Shown here piece after piece: positions 1 to 10,700 of a stretch of 64,000 bases of DNA; the stretch's first letter is position 1; each line of letters begins with the position of its first letter. The stretch is taken from the NCBI GenBank assembly GCA_050249195.1, contig JBFWQY010000013.1, positions 24,293 through 88,292 of the forward strand, read 5' to 3'. Position numbers and translations under genes: made by a program. This DNA is from Bdellovibrionales bacterium (lineage in GTDB: Bacteria > Bdellovibrionota > Bdellovibrionia > Bdellovibrionales > UBA1609). Under the pieces are notes generated by a model. It was given only the letters and a program-made list of their open reading frames with translations. It searched no databases and was not told the origin of the DNA.

Positions 1-662
1 GATTGGCGCTCAATCGTTTTAATTGTTTCCTCAAAGATTAAAGGCACAGCTCCTGCCTGAATAGCTGCATCTTCCATAGATTTGTAAGTCCGCCAAGTAT
101 TGTGGAGCAGAGTAACGGAACTTCCAACTCTCTTTGCAAGTGACAAGGCAAATTCCTCGACTGTCTTTGATCGGTCTGAGAGATCCGTAGCCACCAACAT
201 TTTACGATCATCTGGAAATTCAGATTTGTTTTCCCAACTTACAAGTGCATGGGAGCTTAAAAGCGCCAACGGTTTCTCCGATTTCTTAGCAAGCTCCTCC
301 GTAACGGAGCCCAAATAAAGGCGCTTAACAATTCCGATTTCTCGAACGCCTAGCACATAAATCTCAACTGGATTATTAACATCATTACCTAGCTGCAAAA
401 GCTCGGAAACTGGTTGCCCTGTTCTCAAACTAAACGTCCAATTCCAGTTTTGTGTTAAACTTTTCAGCTTTTCAAGTTGTTCGGGCTGCTCGTTTGAATG
501 TGCGTTGTTGGTACCTGATGCAAAGACCAAATGCACAGATGATTTGAGCCACCCCTCAAGAGCACGAGCGAAATTAGATAACGCCAACGGCCTTGATTTT
601 CCAAATTCTGATGAGTCGTTAAGGTCAACTCCTACTATGATTTGTCCCGGTTTTGAATTCAT
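1..662 (-). CDS. Universal stress protein family (two USP-like halves); 3' end runs off the left edge
   Basis: Absent from the ORF track because it has no in-window stop. Manual minus-strand translation from the ATG at 662 gives MNSKPGQIIVGVDLNDSSEFGK...GVREIGIVKRLYLGSVTEELAKKSEKPLALL...KMLVATDLSDRS with no stop down to position 1. Confidence 0.6.
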   Translation of the reverse strand, partial: MNSKPGQIIVGVDLNDSSEFGKSRPLALSNFARALEGWLKSSVHLVFASGTNNAHSNEQPEQLEKLKSLTQNWNWTFSLRTGQPVSELLQLGNDVNNPVEIYVLGVREIGIVKRLYLGSVTEELAKKSEKPLALLSSHALVSWENKSEFPDDRKMLVATDLSDRSKTVEEFALSLAKRVGSSVTLLHNTWRTYKSMEDAAIQAGAVPLIFEETIKTIERQ

Positions 663-670
663 AAAGACCT

Positions 671-2005
671 CTAATTTCCTTGAGATGTCAAAATGTCTAA
701 GCTTTTTCCAAGCGCAAGCTCCAAATTTGAAACCGATTCAACAGCATCGATTTGAGCATGCACCACTTTTGCCTTTGCCACATTTAAGTCGTGCTCGGCA
801 TCGAGTACTTCAGTGTTAGTTCTTGTTCCTGCTCGAACTGCGGATTTAGCAAGTCGAATAGCTTCTTCAGATTTTTTGATACCGCTCAGACCAGATTGAT
901 AGACGGCTATTCCGTGGGTGAGTTTGCGTTTCCAAAAGTCGATATCTACCGGAATCGACTGATCGAGAGCTCTCAAGCCTTCCCGTGCTTTTTTAATTTC
1001 CTCAAGAGCAATTGTTCGTTCAGAAGTAGAAGCACCACCATCAAATAAATTCCAGTTCAACATGACTCCTACAGTATAGGCGTCTTTGAATCTTGAATTT
1101 CCGCCAATGTCAGAACTTTCAAAGTTGTACCATTCTTGCTGTCCAAAAAGGTAAATCTTGGGTGACCATGCCGAGAGACTTGCGCTGGATTTAGCCATCG
1201 CACTTTCTTCTCTCTCAAGAAGTGCTCTTCGATCAACACGATCAGCTTTCGTCAGATCCAGTTTCTTTAGTATCTCTTGTTCTAAGGCAGGAAGCTTTCC
1301 TTGGAGAGGGCCAGTGATTGAATCGACGCCTAAGACACGCGCCAACTGGGCTATTGACAGGACCGCATTGTCTTCCGCAGCCAGTAGATCAGTCCTGGCA
1401 TCCTGGAGCTGCACCTCCACTTTTAAGAGATCAAGTTTAGTGGCAACCCCTCCTTTAATCAAATTCCTAACATCTTCAAGGTGCGCCTCAAGCATCGACA
1501 CACTTTGTTTAGACACTTCGACGAGGGCTTGAGATCCCAGCGCTTTAAAATATTGAACGCGGACCTTTTGATCGAGATCAAATTCTGCTCGCTCAAGTTC
1601 TAACTCTTTTGCCGAGCGTTCATACTTCGCAGATCTATAGTTGTTCCACGTGCCAAGGCCGTCGAAAACCAAAAGTGATGCGCCCAAGGTCACCTGAGAC
1701 AACGGCTGACGAACCGGGAACTCAATGGGTGAAGGTCCAAGGCTTACTTCCATGACTTGAAATTTCTGATCCAAAAGGTGCCGAGCTGTTGCGTTGACTT
1801 GAGGAAGTTGAGGGGCGAGAGCTTTTGTGACTTTGGCTCTTGTGATTTCAACTTCTGAATTCATTTGCCGAATACTTGGATTATTCTCACGCGCCGTCCT
1901 TTGAGCCTCTAAAAGCGTTAACTGTTGTGCCCAGGAAGCGGAGGAATATAGAAGTGCAATTATCAGAAAAATTTTTTTTAAACTAACTTTAGTCTTCATG
2001 TTCAC
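671..2005 (-). CDS. TolC-family outer membrane efflux channel
   Basis: 444 aa with an N-terminal signal peptide (LLYSSASWAQQ). Two-repeat coiled OEP-like sequence. Last gene of the MarR-HlyD-MFS operon. Confidence 0.85.
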   Translation of the reverse strand: MNMKTKVSLKKIFLIIALLYSSASWAQQLTLLEAQRTARENNPSIRQMNSEVEITRAKVTKALAPQLPQVNATARHLLDQKFQVMEVSLGPSPIEFPVRQPLSQVTLGASLLVFDGLGTWNNYRSAKYERSAKELELERAEFDLDQKVRVQYFKALGSQALVEVSKQSVSMLEAHLEDVRNLIKGGVATKLDLLKVEVQLQDARTDLLAAEDNAVLSIAQLARVLGVDSITGPLQGKLPALEQEILKKLDLTKADRVDRRALLEREESAMAKSSASLSAWSPKIYLFGQQEWYNFESSDIGGNSRFKDAYTVGVMLNWNLFDGGASTSERTIALEEIKKAREGLRALDQSIPVDIDFWKRKLTHGIAVYQSGLSGIKKSEEAIRLAKSAVRAGTRTNTEVLDAEHDLNVAKAKVVHAQIDAVESVSNLELALGKSLDILTSQGN

Positions 2006-2008
2006 GTC

Positions 2009-3577
2009 CTATTCCATAATCATTGGTTCTTCCGATTTGTGCTGCGGGGGATCGCCCGGTAAAAATAACGCCGGTAAGATGGTTACAGCCACAATGATGG
2101 AACCTGTTAAAAACGAGTCTTGAAAGGCATGCTCAGAAGCTCTCATGGCACCAGCCTTTGCAATGACGCTTTTTGCGATTAGTGCCGCGTTTGCATGTGA
2201 ATATCCAATGGCGTGAGCGCGCTCGGCCAAGTTTCTTATACCCTCTTGGAAAACTGGAGATGAGGCGTTCATCAGACTTCCTGCGACTGAAAGATGATGA
2301 TGAATCCTATTGCTTAAGACTGTTGCTAGTACCGCAATACCTAGAGATCCGCCAACTTGTTGAATGATATTCATCATCGATGACGCCATTCCGGCTTTAT
2401 GTTTAGGAACTGCGTTCATCATAGTGGCCATGAGCGGAGCCATTAAAAAAGAGATGCCAAAGCCACGAACAAGAGTGGGTAAAATGATGTGCCAATTACT
2501 CGTATCTTGGTTGATATCGCGATACATATACATAAAGACAGCCAGTGCCGTAAGCCCAGCTAAGGCCAGATAACGAGGCCCAACTTTTTCGCTAAGCCGT
2601 CCCGCCATGGGCATAAAAAAACCTATGATGAGAGATCCTGGCAGAAGAATCAGACCACTTTCAATTTCATCGAGCCCTTTCACTTGCTGTAAAAAAACGG
2701 GAAGAAGAAAAACCCCTCCGAAAAGGGCCATAGACCTCGTGGCTGTTAAGATCATGCTCACTGTAAAAACAGGAAATTTAAATAATTCTAAATCAATGAC
2801 ACGATAGGGAACTTGAGACTCGACAAGCAGAAAAATAACGAAGCTAAAAAAAGCGATGATCCCGCACCAAACAATTAGTGGCGAAGTCCAACCTTCATGC
2901 TCTCCCTTAGAAATTCCAAACAAGAATGAAATTAAGAAAATTGTAAGAAACGCAAAACCCCAGCCATCAAATGGACGATGCTCAGTGTGATGGGGCTTAT
3001 CTGCTGCTAAAATACTCGTCGCCATAAGAACACCAGCAATTCCAATGGGCAAATTGATAAGAAAAATGGAGGGCCATCCGAAAACTTTCGTTAAATAACC
3101 ACCAACCGTGGGACCAAATGCCGGACCGACAATAACCCCAATTCCCCAATAACCCATGGCACGGCCTCTCTCGTGAGGCTCAAAGACTTCAGAAATCATG
3201 GCCATCCCGGTGGGTGTAAGTGCGCCGCCTCCAATAGCCTGAATAATTCTAGCGATTACGAGTGACGGAGTATCCCACGCGAGGCCACAAAGAACTGAGC
3301 CTGCGGTGAAAATAATAAGGCTTCCAATATAGAGCTGCTTGTGGCCGACTCGCTCTCTGAACCAAGCCGTCAGCGGCATAAGGGCAGCAAAGGCGAGCAT
3401 ATACCCCGTCACAACCCATTCAATGTCATCAAGACTTGCGCCGAAATCAGCCATGATAGCTGGGATAGACACGTTTACAATGCTTGAGTCGAGAGCCGCC
3501 ATCATGGTGCCGATCATGACCACTACGAGAACTCGCCATTTGTACTGACTGTCAACTCCGGCAACAACTGAATTCAT
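2009..3577 (-). CDS. MFS drug:H+ antiporter, EmrB/QacA (DHA2, 14-TMS type)
   Basis: 522 aa and polytopic. The N-terminus (WRVLVVVMIGTMMAALDSSIVNVSIPAI) is typical of DHA2. Flanked by HlyD-type and TolC-type genes. Confidence 0.9.
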   Translation of the reverse strand: MNSVVAGVDSQYKWRVLVVVMIGTMMAALDSSIVNVSIPAIMADFGASLDDIEWVVTGYMLAFAALMPLTAWFRERVGHKQLYIGSLIIFTAGSVLCGLAWDTPSLVIARIIQAIGGGALTPTGMAMISEVFEPHERGRAMGYWGIGVIVGPAFGPTVGGYLTKVFGWPSIFLINLPIGIAGVLMATSILAADKPHHTEHRPFDGWGFAFLTIFLISFLFGISKGEHEGWTSPLIVWCGIIAFFSFVIFLLVESQVPYRVIDLELFKFPVFTVSMILTATRSMALFGGVFLLPVFLQQVKGLDEIESGLILLPGSLIIGFFMPMAGRLSEKVGPRYLALAGLTALAVFMYMYRDINQDTSNWHIILPTLVRGFGISFLMAPLMATMMNAVPKHKAGMASSMMNIIQQVGGSLGIAVLATVLSNRIHHHLSVAGSLMNASSPVFQEGIRNLAERAHAIGYSHANAALIAKSVIAKAGAMRASEHAFQDSFLTGSIIVAVTILPALFLPGDPPQHKSEEPMIME

Positions 3578-3579
3578 AA

Positions 3580-4458
3580 TTAGTGTACTCTTACTTTGAT
3601 CTCAACTGACTGACCGACGCGAAGATGAGAGCCCTGTCCTGCCTCAAGTGCGACTTTCACGGGAATTCTTTGAACGACCTTAGTGAAATTTCCAGCGGCA
3701 TTGTCACTTGGAATGAGAGCAAATTGAGAAGCGGTAGCAGATCTTACTTCGCTAATCTTTCCCTGAAGCTCGCCACCCTCATCAATAGAAACATGGACCG
3801 GTTGACCAATCTTCACCAATCCGACGGATGTTTCTTCGATATTCGCCGAAATCCAAGCGTGATCCGCATCGGCAACAGAAAGGGCGGTCTGCCCAGCCTC
3901 AAGAATATTTCCGACTTCTGCCACCTTTTGAATGACCACGCCATCAAACGGACTTTTTAAAAAAGTATTTTCTAAGGCAACTTCCGCCTCATTCAGGTCG
4001 GCTTTTGCGGAATCATAGTTGGATCTTGCATTGTCCAAGTTCTGCGGAGTAACTGAACCTTGTTTGAAAAGCTGCTGCATCCGCTGAAACTCTTTTTCAG
4101 CAAAATCAGCTTTTGCTTTTGCTCGGTCGTATTTGGCCTGCGGAACCCGATGGTCTAGCTCCACAAGAACATTGCCGGTCTTAACTCGACTACCTTCTTC
4201 GACATTAACTTTAGTGACACGCCCGCCAGTACCAAAGGAAGCAACTCGTACAACCGTCATGGCAACTCGCGCGTCATCGGTTGAAACAAAAGGGTAAAAG
4301 AAAATTCGCCACATCACTGTCCCGGCCACCGCAATCACAAGTAGTGCTGCGCCGACTCGTTTAGATTTAGTCGATTGCCACCACTTGATCTTCTCTTTCT
4401 TTTCACTAATAGTATTGCCGACAGGACGCTCCATAGTTAAATTTGCACTATTTGACAT
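3580..4458 (-). CDS. HlyD/EmrA-family membrane fusion protein
   Basis: 292 aa with one N-terminal TM. Lipoyl-like hairpin motif VTKVNVEEGSRVKTGNVLVELD. Coiled-coil middle section. Confidence 0.85.
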   Translation of the reverse strand: MSNSANLTMERPVGNTISEKKEKIKWWQSTKSKRVGAALLVIAVAGTVMWRIFFYPFVSTDDARVAMTVVRVASFGTGGRVTKVNVEEGSRVKTGNVLVELDHRVPQAKYDRAKAKADFAEKEFQRMQQLFKQGSVTPQNLDNARSNYDSAKADLNEAEVALENTFLKSPFDGVVIQKVAEVGNILEAGQTALSVADADHAWISANIEETSVGLVKIGQPVHVSIDEGGELQGKISEVRSATASQFALIPSDNAAGNFTKVVQRIPVKVALEAGQGSHLRVGQSVEIKVRVH

Positions 4459-4953
4459 TTAAGACTCCACGTTTGTTTCCATTATTTTGCAATTATCAGG
4501 GCTTAGCCCATTTTCAATTTTAGTAAGTAATCTCAAAAGTTCCTTTTGCTCTTTCGGCTCAAGAACTGAGGCTAGGTGATCTGCAATTTGCTCGTATGTT
4601 TTTTCGATTTTTGAAAAATTACGAGAACCTTTCGCCGAAAGCGTAATAAAGATCTGTCTTCTGTCGGAGACCCCGTGCTTTCGTTGCAGCCAGCCAGCGT
4701 CCACTAGCGAACTGACAATGCGGGTGACTGAAGCTTTATCGCTGTTTGTTCCATCAGCGATTTCGGCCATCGTGCATTGTTTTCGCTTACCGATCAGTCT
4801 TAATGCGACAAGTTGCTTTGGCCCAAAGCCGAGTTCGCGAAGATAATGAACAGCCATGCGGCCCACGGCCCTCCGAACATTACCATATTTCTCAAGAAGC
4901 ATGACATTGCTTAACATATCAACTAATTTAAAGGTGAATGGTTGATATGTCAA
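4459..4953 (-). CDS. MarR-family transcriptional regulator
   Basis: 164 aa with a winged HTH (TMAEIADGTNSDKASVTRIVSSLVDAGWLQRKHGVSDRRQIFITLSAKG). First gene of the efflux operon. Confidence 0.85.
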   Translation of the reverse strand: MTYQPFTFKLVDMLSNVMLLEKYGNVRRAVGRMAVHYLRELGFGPKQLVALRLIGKRKQCTMAEIADGTNSDKASVTRIVSSLVDAGWLQRKHGVSDRRQIFITLSAKGSRNFSKIEKTYEQIADHLASVLEPKEQKELLRLLTKIENGLSPDNCKIMETNVES

Positions 4954-5188
4954 CTTTATTAGAGATTCGTATCGAAAAGGGATTGCCGCAGATCAGTACT
5001 TTTCATTTGCAATTTTGTATGAGCATAGACAAAACCAGACTGGTTGACGTGGAGGATACTGTCAATCACCGAGCTGTGACTTAAGCAAGGATACTCATTT
5101 GAATAGCGGGCCGGAGCAAGCCGAGGTCTGACTTGGGGTTCCTTTGTGGAATCCTCTGTGTCGCATCGAAAACGATCCATTTAAAGGC

Positions 5189-5599
5189 TTATCTTTGATT
5201 GGCTACCTTATCATGCCGCTCTTGCGCCTGCCGAACTCGGTTCCAGTTTTTTGAGACCCAAGAGACCAACTGGTTCATCGGAGTCATAATATCCACACCT
5301 AAATCCGTAAGCTCATATTCGACCTTTGGTGGAATTTCGGGGTAGATATGGCGAACAACAAGTCCATCTCGCTCCAGTGAGCGTAATGTTTGCGTCAGCA
5401 TTGTTTGGGAGATGCCATAGAGGTTCTTCCTCAACTCAGAAAAGCGAGCTTTTTGGTTCGGGCTTTTTGAGATTACGAGGATAATGAGCATACTCCATTT
5501 GTCGGCCACGCGATCAAGAAACTCCCGCGTCGCCTCTGTGTCTACGCCCAAGCAAATCGTTTCATCCCTTAATTTAGGCATTTTTTTAGACTTTCCCAT
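5189..5599 (-). CDS. HxlR-family transcriptional regulator
   Basis: 136 aa; WSMLIILVI...RFSELRKNLYGISQTMLTQTLRSLERDGLVVRHIYPEIPPKVEYELTDLG is a classic HxlR wHTH. Confidence 0.85.
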   Translation of the reverse strand: MGKSKKMPKLRDETICLGVDTEATREFLDRVADKWSMLIILVISKSPNQKARFSELRKNLYGISQTMLTQTLRSLERDGLVVRHIYPEIPPKVEYELTDLGVDIMTPMNQLVSWVSKNWNRVRQAQERHDKVANQR

Positions 5600-5723
5600 T
5601 GGTACTCCAGAACTTACTTAGTCAGTTAATCCTGCCTTCTTCTCTTACCAACCGCTTCAATCCATAATAACTCCATAAAGCATACTAACACAGTTAAACG
5701 CACTAAGAAAGAAAGGAACATCA

Positions 5724-6098
5724 ATGTCTCAACCAGAAACAAAGTTAAAAATAAAGAGTGTAACCTTCTATTTTGCGACGGGTTTGATCTCGCTGATGAT
5801 GGTTTTCAGCGCCTACTCGTATTTTACCTCCGATCAACTTGTGGCAGCTTTTAAGCATCTCGGCTTCCCTGATTACTTCCGCGCTGAGCTTGGGATAGCA
5901 AAGATTCTGGGAGTTGTTGCTCTATGGGCGCCTGGATTCAGAACTATCAAGGAATGGGCCTACGCGGGCTTCACGATCACCTTCGTTTCAGCCTTTATCG
6001 CTCATTCTAGCAGTGGCGATCCCGCAAGTGCTATGGCGAATCCAGTCGTCGCACTTATACTTCTGGGCGTTTCCTACTTTACGAGAAAGACTGAATAG
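5724..6098 (+). CDS. DoxX-like small membrane protein
   Basis: 124 aa with four predicted TM helices. Divergent from the HxlR gene, a common pairing. Confidence 0.6.
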   Translation: MSQPETKLKIKSVTFYFATGLISLMMVFSAYSYFTSDQLVAAFKHLGFPDYFRAELGIAKILGVVALWAPGFRTIKEWAYAGFTITFVSAFIAHSSSGDPASAMANPVVALILLGVSYFTRKTE

Positions 6099-6141
6099 TC
6101 ATTTGGATATGAGATTTAAAATTTAATTAGAGGAGAGAAAA

Positions 6142-6705
6142 ATGAGTCTTAAAATTGCGATCATTACTGGAAGCACGCGACCTGGAAGAAAAAGTGACAC
6201 CGTTGCAAAATGGGTCCACGGAATCGCATCGAAACGCAAAGACGCCGAGTTTGAAGTCGTTGATATTGCTGACTACGACCTTCCGCTTTTTGATGAGCCG
6301 ATGCCTCCCATGATGAAGCAATATCAAAATGCGCACACAAAAAAATGGTCGGAAAAAATCTCTACATTTGACGCTTATATTTTCGTGACGCCTGAATACA
6401 ATCACAGCACAAGCGGAGCTTTGAAGAACGCCATCGACTACCTCGCACACGAATGGTTCAACAAGGCCGCAGGATTTGTCAGCTATGGCGGCGGATCGAG
6501 TGGGGCGAGAGCCGTCGAACACCTACGCTTGATCTTGGCGGAACTTTCTATTGCGACTGTGCGGGCGAGCGTTGGCCTGTCCCTTTATACGGATTTTGAG
6601 AACTTCACCACATTCAAGCCTGGCGCACAGCGGGAGCAGGAAGTGAACACAGTCCTCGATCAGGTTATTGCTTGGGGTAAAGCTCTCAGCCCTCTCAGGC
6701 AATAA
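6142..6705 (+). CDS. NAD(P)H-dependent FMN reductase
   Basis: 187 aa. The N-terminus IAIITGSTRPGRKSDTVAKWV and the later TPEYNHSTSGALKNAIDYL are flavodoxin-like FMN_red signatures. Confidence 0.85.
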   Translation: MSLKIAIITGSTRPGRKSDTVAKWVHGIASKRKDAEFEVVDIADYDLPLFDEPMPPMMKQYQNAHTKKWSEKISTFDAYIFVTPEYNHSTSGALKNAIDYLAHEWFNKAAGFVSYGGGSSGARAVEHLRLILAELSIATVRASVGLSLYTDFENFTTFKPGAQREQEVNTVLDQVIAWGKALSPLRQ

Positions 6706-6740
6706 AATTCTGTTAAGTCAGTGAGCTTCGCACCACAGCT

Positions 6741-7166
6741 TCAGAATTGTTTTTGGATAAATAGCGCTTTTGCGCGAACAATCTCCACACCGCTTGAAAG
6801 ACGAAGGCTTGCGGAAGCTTTTATTTTTCGACCTCTAATCTTTCCAATCCAAGCGTTCAACCTCAAATTCTTACAGAGAGGAGTGGGAGAAAGGAATTCG
6901 ACTTCAAGCTTCAAGGTGTATCCTGTGTTTTGGCTAAGCCAAACAGCGGCTCCCATTGCTTCATCAAGTACCGAAGCAATCGCGCCGCCATGAACTCGCC
7001 CTGGTGGGCCTTCGGCGCGCTTTCCGAAGTAAACGTCGGCGATGATTCGATCTCGTTGTGCGTTGGTACCGTAACGAACCCGAATGAACCCTGAGCCCTT
7101 ACCGCTAGACACAAAAGATCTGGACTGACGAAATGGATTATTCTTGAGCGGAAATTTACTCATCAT
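6741..7166 (-). CDS. PaaI/hotdog-fold thioesterase
   Basis: GRVHGGAIASVLDEAMGAAVW motif. Start moved from the ORF-track 7319 to the MMSKF ATG at 7166, which has a GAGGA RBS and avoids overlapping the upstream gene. Confidence 0.7.
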   Translation of the reverse strand: MMSKFPLKNNPFRQSRSFVSSGKGSGFIRVRYGTNAQRDRIIADVYFGKRAEGPPGRVHGGAIASVLDEAMGAAVWLSQNTGYTLKLEVEFLSPTPLCKNLRLNAWIGKIRGRKIKASASLRLSSGVEIVRAKALFIQKQF

Positions 7167-7233
7167 TAATTCCTCAGCGATTCGGCTCTTGAACTCAATC
7201 CAAATCCATCCCCTTGGCCTGACGGCAAGAACT

Positions 7234-7716
7234 CTACAAAAGACTCTCAATGTTGAGAGTGAGAGACTCCGGTTTTGTTTTCGGTGAAACTCGGTCCACA
7301 ATATTTCCATGTCTATCAACTAAAAACTTTGTGAAATTCCATTTGATACTTTTCGTACAAAAAATTCCTCTTCGTTCTCGCTTTAGAAATTGATAAAGCG
7401 GGTGTGCATTGGCGCCATTAACGTCTATCTTTGAAAACAACGGAAAACTCACACCAAAATTGGTTTCACAATAACTTTTGATTTCATCTGCGTCCCCTGG
7501 CTCCTGTCCACCAAACTGATTGCAAGGAAATCCAAGAATTTCTAGTCCACGAGAGTTGTATTTTCGGTAAAGATCCTCCAGGCCCTTATATTGCGGAGTG
7601 AATCCGCAATGACTTGCGACGTTTACGATAAGGAGAACCTTGCCTTTGAATTCAGACAATTTGATATCTTTGCCGCTAATTGCTTTTGCAGTGAAATCAT
7701 ACACGGTTGGTTTCAT
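7234..7716 (-). CDS. Glutathione peroxidase
   Basis: NVASHCGFTPQY, LGFPCNQFGGQEPG and IKWNFTKFLVDRHG motifs. Start refined to MKPTVYDF at 7716, overlapping the RND gene stop by 20 nt. Confidence 0.9.
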   Translation of the reverse strand: MKPTVYDFTAKAISGKDIKLSEFKGKVLLIVNVASHCGFTPQYKGLEDLYRKYNSRGLEILGFPCNQFGGQEPGDADEIKSYCETNFGVSFPLFSKIDVNGANAHPLYQFLKRERRGIFCTKSIKWNFTKFLVDRHGNIVDRVSPKTKPESLTLNIESLL

Positions 7717-10700
7717 TAACGACCTCCACAATTTCAGGGGCGGGCACTTTATGTGAGCCATTTGTGACAACCTGATGACCACCAGATTTAGATTTGTTTC
7801 CAACCAGGCGTAACACCAGGCCAAGACTCCAGACCCGATAGCGTTCCATGTAGGAAAACGCCGCAGGAACAACCAATAGTGTTAATAAAGTCGAACTGAT
7901 CAATCCGCCAATTACCGCAACACCCATTCCTGTACGCTGCTTCGAGGCTTCGTTGAGTCCGATTGCAATGGGGAGCATGCCTGCAATCAAAGCGAAGGTT
8001 GTCATAAGAATAGGCCGCAATCGGACCTTTCCAGCCGCAATAACGGCTTTTGAATAATCCATTCCTTCTTTAAGCATCTGATTCGTGTAATCGACCAAAA
8101 GAATGGAGTTCTTTGTTGCCACTCCAAGCAGCATGATACAACCGATCATCGAAAAAATATTGAGGGATTCGCCAGCCACCAAGAGTCCAAAAAAAGCTCC
8201 GCAAGCAGCCAGTGGCAAAACTAGCATAATCGTAAATGGAGTGACAAAAGACTCATAAAGGCTGGCAAGGACCAAGTATATAAATAAAATACCCAAAAGG
8301 GCCGCTGCGATCATACTTGAGACAAGCTCCTGAAAGTTTTCGGCTTGCCCAACAAAGGCATATTTCATTCCAGGAGGAAGCTTGATGTCGTTTGCAAACA
8401 TTTGCTGAATGTCCGTCATTACGGCCCCCATGCCTGGGCCTTTGGGCGCAACATCTGCTGCGATCTGAATATACCGGCCACGATCTTGCCGAGTGATATT
8501 TGCAGGTCCCGTGGTTTCCACTGGTTGCGCCACACTGCTCAAGCGCACTAGGCTTTGATTCACATTCGGAACGTATGTATCGCCAAAAGCTTGTTTCAAA
8601 TTTCTCTGATTTTCTTCAAGGCGAACTCGAATGTCATATTCTTCGCCCTTTTCCCTAAAAACCGCAGCAACCGTGCCTTCGATTTGAGTTCGAAGCTCCT
8701 GGCCAATTATAGTCGTCGCAACTCCAAGCCGTTCAGCTCTTACTTTGTCAGGGACTACTTGGAACTCTGGTTTTCCTGGGCGATAGGTAATATCCACGTC
8801 CTTAAGAGCGGGATGATCTTTTAACTTTTCGTACACCTTGTTAGAAATTTCCTCAATCTGCGCGAGATCAGTACCAATGATATTTAGGTTGAAGGGACGT
8901 TGACCGCCCATAACCATGTCGATGTCTTTTACAATGGGTCGCGCTTGTGAGAAGGGTTTAAGTTGCTCCCGCACTTTATCTTTGAAATCAGATGTATTTA
9001 TCTTTCTTTGATCACTAGGAACCATGGTAACAAAGAACTGGGCTTTATTTGCCTCGCCAGTTCTTCCCCCAATGATCATTACAGAATCTGCAACCTCAGG
9101 GTTGGCTCTCATTATTTTATCGACTTCTACTGCCACCTCTGACATCGCATTCAAGCTGGTTCCCGGCGGCATATCGAGTGATACCGAGAATTCCCCCATA
9201 TCTTGTGCTGGCAAAAATGTCTTGGGGATGAATTTTATAATCCATAAGCTCCCAACAAAAATGATAAGGCTAGTACCAATGACTAAGAGAGGGTTCTTCA
9301 GAGTCCAACCGAGAATTTCTTCATAACGATTTTCAAGCCAGGTTTGAAATCGATCAAATCCTCCGACCAAACGACCCATCGTTTTGCCCCAAAAACCCTT
9401 GCTATCTTTTGGGCCATGGGTTGTACCGGCAAAATAAGCGGAAAGCATGGGGGCCATAGTTACAGCATCAAACAAACTTATTGCCATCGCAAAACAAACC
9501 GTCAGACCGAATTCCTTAAAGAATTGCCCTACAACGCCCTTTAAAAATCCTATCGGAGCAAATACCGCGACCACAGCAAGAGTTGTGGCAATTACGGCGA
9601 GAAGAACCTCTTTGGTTCCCTCTGAAGCGGCCCGTATAGGTTCTTTGCCCAATTCCGTATGTCGGAAAATATTCTCCCGAACGACGATGGCATCATCGAT
9701 CAAAAGCCCGACTGCGAGGCTTAATGCAAGTAATGACATGACGTTGATAGTAAATCCAGCCGTGGACATCAAAAAGAAAGCGCCGATCAAGGACGTAGGG
9801 AGCGCCAAACCCGTAATGAAAGTCGACCGACCGCTACCGAGGAAGAAATAAACCACGATAATCGTCAAAATAATTCCGATAATGATCGCCTCATAAACAT
9901 CGGCGACATTGGCGCGAATCATTTTTGATCCATCACGAACAACTGTAACTTTCCCACCATTAAGTTCAGAGTTTAATTTTTCAACACGAGCTTTCACGGC
10001 ATCGGCGACAGCAATTGTATTCGCTCCGGATTGTCTGAAAACCATCATGAAGACGGACCGCTCACCGTTGGTATAAGCACGTGACTTTTCATCTTGAACC
10101 GTATCAACAACTTGGCCGACATCAGCCACTGTCACAGGGACGTCGTTTCCCAGGAAGCTTACAATGACAGAACTGATATCCTTTACATTTTTAAATTCAC
10201 CTAATGTTCTAAAGACTGTTTCTGTCTTCGCCTCATCTACTTTCCCGGCGGGGATATTTTGTCCGGCAGCCGAAATGCGATTGACGACCGTTGAAGCTGA
10301 AACCTCGTATGACTTTAATTTTTTTCGATCCAACTCAACATGAATTTCTCTCTCACGACCACCGATAATTTCAACCAGTCCAACTTGGTTAACCTGCTCA
10401 ATCTTTGGTTTTACGGTTTTATCGGCGAGGTCAAACAACTCAGCTTCTGGAAGCTTTGCCGTCAGAGCGAGAATAACAATGGGCTGATCCGCAGGGTCAA
10501 TTCTACGTATTACAGGCTCTTCAATATCTTTGGGGAGCTTGCGCTTAGCGGAGCTAACTCTGTCGCGGATTTGTTGTTCTGCATACTTAATATCGGTTTC
10601 TAGTGTAAATTCAGCGATTACCATACTCAGGCCTTCGCTGTTTGTTGAGCGCAATGTTTTAATCCCCGTGACGGTGCTCATTTCCTCTTCGAGTACACGT

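Noticed and set aside
100-819. Plus-strand ORFs at 100-318 and 505-819.
   Set aside because: They are antisense to a convincing minus-strand USP gene and to the TolC gene end. They have no motifs.
4959-5180. 73-aa minus-strand ORF between the MarR and HxlR genes.
   Set aside because: No RBS and no recognisable sequence features. It is probably an intergenic promoter or terminator region.
6127-6522. 131-aa ORF antisense to the FMN reductase gene.
   Set aside because: The FMN reductase frame carries clear family motifs. The antisense ORF does not.
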